Source of the DNA: Chlamydiales bacterium
Lineage (GTDB): Bacteria; Chlamydiota; Chlamydiia; Chlamydiales; JBDQID01
Assembly: GCA_047611865.1 (NCBI GenBank)
Contig: JBLFWS010000040.1
Span: 1-22,759 of the forward strand
DNA: 22,759 bases
Direction: 5' to 3'
A program made the translations under genes and the position numbers. Every line of letters starts with the position of its first letter. Within the stretch, counting starts at the first letter, position 1. The notes under the pieces were generated by a model, which saw only the letters and a list, made by a program, of their open reading frames with translations, was not told where the DNA came from and ran no database searches. Positions 18,604-22,759 of this stretch are shown here, in pieces.

Positions 18604-21186
18604 ATGGAAAAGTCATTAATTATCGTAGAGTCACCAGCGAAAATCAAAACTCTACAAAAATTTCTCGGGCCGAACTTTGTGTTTGAGTCTTCTGTGGGTC
18701 ACATACGCGACCTCCCTCAAAAAGGCTTTGGCATCGATGTAGAAAATAATTTTGAACCTGAGTACGAGGTACTTCCAGATAAAAAACAGGTTATCCAAAA
18801 AATTATCGCCGCAGCTAAAGAATGTAGCACCGTTTATCTTTCTCCTGACCCCGACCGCGAGGGAGAGGCCATTGCTTGGCATATAGCCTCAATTTTACCT
18901 GAGGGTACAAACATTAAACGCGCAACTTTCAACTCTATTACGAAAGAAGCAGTGATTAAGGCTTTGGATAACCCAAGAGATATTGATTATTCCCTGGTAA
19001 ATGCCCAACAGGCTCGGAGACTTCTTGATAGAATTGTGGGATATAAAATATCCCCTATACTCGCCCGACGCATCCAAAGAGGGAAAAGAGCTCCTGGTGA
19101 GGGTTCCCTTTCTGCCGGAAGAGTACAGTCGGTAGCTTTGAAGCTCGTCGTTGACAGAGAAAAAGAAATTGATGAGTTTAATCCAGTAGAGTATTGGAAT
19201 GTCGTAGCGACACTCAACAATAAGGAAAGTCAACGCGACTTTTCAGCGTATTTATACTCTGTAGAAGGTAAGCGTGTAGAAAAAGAGCCTGTCGAAGGGA
19301 AAGAAGTATATATTGTTGGAGACAAAGATACCGCAGATAATATTCTCGATAGAATTAAGCAGTCAGACTTTGTCGTTACTAAGGTTGACAGAAAGGAAAA
19401 ACGACGAAACCCTGTTCCACCATTTATTACTTCGACTATTCAACAAGAAGCTAGCCGCCATTACGGTTTTTCATCCGCAAAAACAATGACTATTGCTCAG
19501 GGCCTTTATGAAGGGGTTGATATGGGCACCGAGGGAATGGAGGGTTTAATTACCTACATGAGAACCGACTCTGTGCGTGTTGCCCCAGAAGCCATAACTG
19601 AACTTCGTGAGTATATAGTAGCTCAATTTGGACAAGAGTTTTGTCCAGAATCTCCTCGTTCTTTTTCTTCAAAAAAAACAGCTCAAGATGCTCACGAAGC
19701 TATCAGACCAACAAATATGGAGCACCCTCCTGAGAAGGTCAAAGAATTTTTAAGTATAGATCATTTTCGCCTTTACTCACTAATCTGGAAGCGATTTGTT
19801 GCCTCACAGATGAATCCTGCAGTATACGATACTGTTTCCGCGGATGTTTCCTCTGATGAAGTTGTTTTAAGAGCTACTGGGTCAATATTGAAGTTTCAGG
19901 GCTTTTTGGCGGTCTACGAAGAGAAGGCAGATGATGATGAAGAGGAAGGGAAAGATAAGGATCTCCCAGAGCTCGAAGAAGGGCAAGTGCCCTTACTTCA
20001 GGATGTTACTGCGGATCAGTCTTTTACTCGTCCCCCTCCCCGCTATTCGGAAGCTTCTCTGGTTAAAGAACTGGAAAAGTCAGGTATAGGGCGTCCATCC
20101 ACTTACGCTACCATTATGAATAAGATCCAGAGTAGGGAGTATACGGTTAAAGAAAATCGGCGCTTGAAACCTACTGAACTGGGTCAAGTTATTGCCCAAA
20201 TGCTTGAAACGAGCTTTAAGCAAATTATGGATATTGGTTTCACAGCTAAGATGGAAGATGATCTGGAACAGGTTGCTGAAGATCATAAGGATTGGAGAGA
20301 GCTGATCAGTGATTTTTGGAAGGAGTTTATCCCAACTGTAGAAATCGCAGAAAAAGAAGCATTTGTTCCAAAAATCCTCACCGATATTGACTGTCCAAGC
20401 TGTGGAACTAAGCTGCAGAAGATATGGGCCCGGAATAAGTACTTTTATGGATGTTCAGGTTACCCCGATTGTAATTACACGACGACAGAAGAAGAGCTGA
20501 ATTTTAACAAAGGGGACTATGACGAAAAGTTCAATTGGGATCAGCTTTGTCCTATCTGTACTAAAGAGATGAAGGTTCGTCATGGCCGTTTTGGCTGCTT
20601 TCTTGGTTGTGCTACTTATCCTGATTGTAAGGGTATCATCAATATACCTAAGGTGGGAGAAGAGGTTATTCCTGTTGATCAGCTTCCTCCTTGTCCAGCT
20701 TTAGATTGTCCTGGAAAAATCATTCCTAAAAAATCGCGTTTTGGCAAAACATTTTATTCTTGCTCTACGTTTCCTGAGTGTAATGTGATCGTTAACGAAA
20801 TTGAAGAGTTGGATGTAAAATATCAAGCCTATCCAAGAACTCCTTATGTGAAAAAGGTTCGTGGCAAAAAAGGTGCTGCTGAAGCTGATGCAAAAGGCAA
20901 AGGGAAGAAGACAAAGGCTCGGAAGCCTCGCGGTCCGAGTACAATGTCTCCGAGTCCTCTTTCACCTGAGCTACAGGCATTAGTAGGAGTCCCTGAGATG
21001 CAACGCACACAGGTGATCAAGCAAGTGTGGGTCTATATCAAAGATAAGGGCCTTCAAGATCCCAAGGATAAGCGTATTATAATGCCTGACGAAAAGTTGG
21101 GTGCTGTGTTGGGAACAACAGAGCCTATTAATATGTTTAAGCTAACAGGAGCGATCAGTAAACACATAATGAAAGTCGCGAAGTAA
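18604..21186 (+). CDS. topA: DNA topoisomerase I with zinc ribbons and C-terminal SWIB domain
   Basis: IVESPAK toprim start, DPDREGE, SAGRVQS, catalytic GLITYMRTDS, GIGRPST, three Cys4 zinc ribbons, Lys-rich linker, then SWIB LSPELQALVG...RTQVIKQVWVYIK..GLQDPKDKR.I.PDEKL. Confidence 0.97.
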   Translation: MEKSLIIVESPAKIKTLQKFLGPNFVFESSVGHIRDLPQKGFGIDVENNFEPEYEVLPDKKQVIQKIIAAAKECSTVYLSPDPDREGEAIAWHIASILPEGTNIKRATFNSITKEAVIKALDNPRDIDYSLVNAQQARRLLDRIVGYKISPILARRIQRGKRAPGEGSLSAGRVQSVALKLVVDREKEIDEFNPVEYWNVVATLNNKESQRDFSAYLYSVEGKRVEKEPVEGKEVYIVGDKDTADNILDRIKQSDFVVTKVDRKEKRRNPVPPFITSTIQQEASRHYGFSSAKTMTIAQGLYEGVDMGTEGMEGLITYMRTDSVRVAPEAITELREYIVAQFGQEFCPESPRSFSSKKTAQDAHEAIRPTNMEHPPEKVKEFLSIDHFRLYSLIWKRFVASQMNPAVYDTVSADVSSDEVVLRATGSILKFQGFLAVYEEKADDDEEEGKDKDLPELEEGQVPLLQDVTADQSFTRPPPRYSEASLVKELEKSGIGRPSTYATIMNKIQSREYTVKENRRLKPTELGQVIAQMLETSFKQIMDIGFTAKMEDDLEQVAEDHKDWRELISDFWKEFIPTVEIAEKEAFVPKILTDIDCPSCGTKLQKIWARNKYFYGCSGYPDCNYTTTEEELNFNKGDYDEKFNWDQLCPICTKEMKVRHGRFGCFLGCATYPDCKGIINIPKVGEEVIPVDQLPPCPALDCPGKIIPKKSRFGKTFYSCSTFPECNVIVNEIEELDVKYQAYPRTPYVKKVRGKKGAAEADAKGKGKKTKARKPRGPSTMSPSPLSPELQALVGVPEMQRTQVIKQVWVYIKDKGLQDPKDKRIIMPDEKLGAVLGTTEPINMFKLTGAISKHIMKVAK

Positions 21187-21208
21187 TTCAACATTGATAG
21201 AATTTAAC

Positions 21209-21265
21209 AGCATCATCTTCCATTTATAGTAGAATAGATAAATGGCAGATGATGCTTTGTTTTTT
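21209..21265 (+). terminator. Rho-independent terminator of topA
   Basis: AGCATCATCTTCCATTTAT-N10-ATAAATGGCAGATGATGCT (18/19 paired), followed by TTGTTTTTT. Confidence 0.8.
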
Positions 21266-21292
21266 CATCCTGCTCATTCCTGATGTATCAAT

Positions 21293-21319
21293 TAGGGCGT
21301 GTTTTGAAAACAGGCCTTA
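21293..21319. repeat. 27-bp mini-palindrome resembling two fused terminal repeats
   Basis: TA-GGGCGTGTTTT-G-AAAACAGGCCT-TA. It resembles the left end of the adjacent element (TAGGTCGTGTTTTCAAA) and shares its TA. Confidence 0.5.
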
Positions 21320-22222
21320 GGTCGTGTTTTCAAATTAGGGAATGTCTGATTTTATGATATTTTGCTGTATAGGCAAAGCACCATGAGGAGCAAAGTTCCG
21401 TTACAGTAATAGCCTGGTCCGAAGTGAGCCCTTGGCGAGCGCAGGGCTAGGAATAATCCCACACGTAATTATAAGCACTGAACGTGCGACACAAAAAGAC
21501 TTCGTTACGTTTTGTGTCGCACGTTCAGTGTATATGCGTAAAGCTAAGGAATAAGTGGTTGTAAGAGAAAGGTTAAGATAGATAATCCTTACCCTCGAAG
21601 TGGGTTACAGAAGGTAGCCCAGTGTAAGTGCGAGGGAGCTTGCGACCGAGACACGCAGCTCTGGGTATCTGAATAGACAAAATCATCACCCTTGAAAAGG
21701 GTGATGGAAATGCTAAAATACCTAATGAGCTTAAGGAATTTCCAGCACCCTTTTCGAGGGTGCACAATTAAATTCGCATATACCCAGAGCTACGTGTCTC
21801 GGTCGCAGGCTCCCTCGCACTTGCACTGGGCTATCTTCTATAACCCACTTCGTGGGTATCCTTGCTTACACTTTTTATTTACGAATTCTTTGCGCTAAAA
21901 TGTAAAATCACTTTGTTTTTAGCAAAACAAATCGCTGCAGATTTAAGTTATTATTTTATTCAAACAGCTCCCTTATATTTACTTACAACCTTAGCTTTAC
22001 GCATATGCACTTTCAGTGCTCAAAATTTCTAAGCTTATCCTTTCCTAGCCCTGCGTTCGCCAAGGGCTCACTTCGGACCAGGCTATTGGTGCGGCGGAAC
22101 TTTGTTCCTCATGGTGCTTTGCCTACGCGACAAAACAGATAAGTAGGTGAGTTATGACCAATCCCAAATCAAAACAAAATGCCCCCAAAATCAGACATTC
22201 CCTAATTTTAATACACGACCTA
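21318..22222. mobile_element. ~905-bp non-autonomous, MITE-like element made of five nested inverted-repeat pairs
   Basis: IR1 21318-21353/22187-22222 (34/36). IR2 21370-21453/22042-22125 (77/84). IR3 21474-21565/21982-22020 (gapped). IR4 21590-21668/21780-21858 (73/79). IR5 21687-21711/21738-21762 (23/25). TA at both outer ends and no transposase ORF. The repeat structure is directly seen; mobility is inferred. Confidence 0.65.
21476..21530. repeat. Perfect 21-bp local hairpin with a 13-nt loop
   Basis: CACTGAACGTGCGACACAAAA-agacttcgttacg-TTTTGTGTCGCACGTTCAGTG. Confidence 0.9.
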
Positions 22223-22759
22223 GCACATCGTAACTTCTATATCTTGATATTTTCTCATTAAGTCCCGAAAGCGGGCAGCGTCTTCAAAGCGGAATTCTTT
22301 TGCAGCTTTTTTCATCGCTGTTTCGTAGCCTTCGATGCGCTTTGAAACTTCATTAGGAGTTAAATATTCGTGTTCTGCTTCGAGTGGGGTGGGTTCTTCA
22401 ATTAGGGACTTTTGATCAGAGTTGTTAGAGGCTTTCTTGGCTTCAAGAGATAGTCCCAGTTCTCGCTTTGTGGATGTTGGAGTAATGCTGTGTTCTTTAT
22501 TATATTCTTCTTGAAGTTTCCTTCTCGACAAGGTGATGTCTACTGTTTTTTGGATAGAATCTGTCATTTTGTCAGCATACATAATGACTCGGCCTTCAAC
22601 ATTTCGAGCTGCACGTCCACAAGTTTGAATAAGAGCCGTATGACTGCGCAAAAAACCTTCCTTATCAGCATCTAAAATGGCAACTAGCGATACTTCTGGA
22701 ATATCGAGACCTTCCCTCAATAAGTTAATACCAACAAGAACATCGAATACACCTCGTCT
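22220..22759 (-). CDS. uvrB: Excinuclease ABC subunit B, C-terminal part; 5'-truncated by the window edge
   Basis: Frame open to the window end: [46 protein letters not shown], and the C-terminal UVR coiled-coil [18 protein letters not shown]. Confidence 0.97.
   Translation of the reverse strand, partial: RRGVFDVLVGINLLREGLDIPEVSLVAILDADKEGFLRSHTALIQTCGRAARNVEGRVIMYADKMTDSIQKTVDITLSRRKLQEEYNKEHSITPTSTKRELGLSLEAKKASNNSDQKSLIEEPTPLEAEHEYLTPNEVSKRIEGYETAMKKAAKEFRFEDAARFRDLMRKYQDIEVTMC

Noticed and set aside
1270..21010. The many other 60-160 aa ORFs overlapping sdh, the FecR-like genes, tatD, dsbD, dprA and topA
   Set aside because: They overlap well-supported genes in other frames or on the other strand and show no motifs.
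21573..21898. Short ORFs 21573..21767 (-) and 21692..21898 (+) inside the palindromic element
   Set aside because: They are mirror translations of the inverted repeats, with non-ATG starts and no transposase or other recognisable motif.
21912..21931. TTTGTTTT-TAGC-AAAACAAA hairpin, and the imperfect palindrome at about 9039-9066
   Set aside because: Short, AT-rich or bulged stems that are expected by chance.
21318..22222. CRISPR array, integron attC array, tRNA or rRNA as explanation of the repeats
   Set aside because: The repeats are inverted and concentric, not direct with regular spacers. There is no cas gene or integrase, no cloverleaf, and no rRNA signature.
21318..22222. Fold-back chimera from amplification or assembly
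   Set aside because: Such artefacts give near-100% identical continuous arms. Here the arms differ by 5-8%, have indels and unrelated spacers, and the flanking genes are intact. Long reads would settle it.

Overview
Chromosomal window that looks like an environmental Chlamydiae genome. The TopA ends in a SWIB domain, and the dsbD-tatD...sdhC-sdhA-sdhB order matches what I recall from Chlamydia. Left to right: the 3' part of an orphan Ala-rich ORF (+) with a bidirectional terminator; the sdhC-[84-aa membrane protein]-sdhA-sdhB operon (-); two tandem giant paralogues (1344 and 1570 aa) with signal peptide, FecR-like domain and repeated beta modules ending in a TbpB-like barrel motif (-); tatD and dsbD (-); dprA and topA-SWIB (+); a ~1 kb intergenic region; and the 3' end of uvrB (-). 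Two things stand out. (1) A ~905-bp non-coding 'Russian-doll' palindrome (21318-22222) made of five concentric inverted-repeat pairs with non-matching spacers. It is bounded by TA dinucleotides and its right end supplies the uvrB stop codon. (2) The ~9-kb pair of FecR/TbpB-like exported proteins inserted between tatD and sdhC, resembling type XI (Slam) secretion cargo. All alignments and counts were done by eye; no database searches were run.
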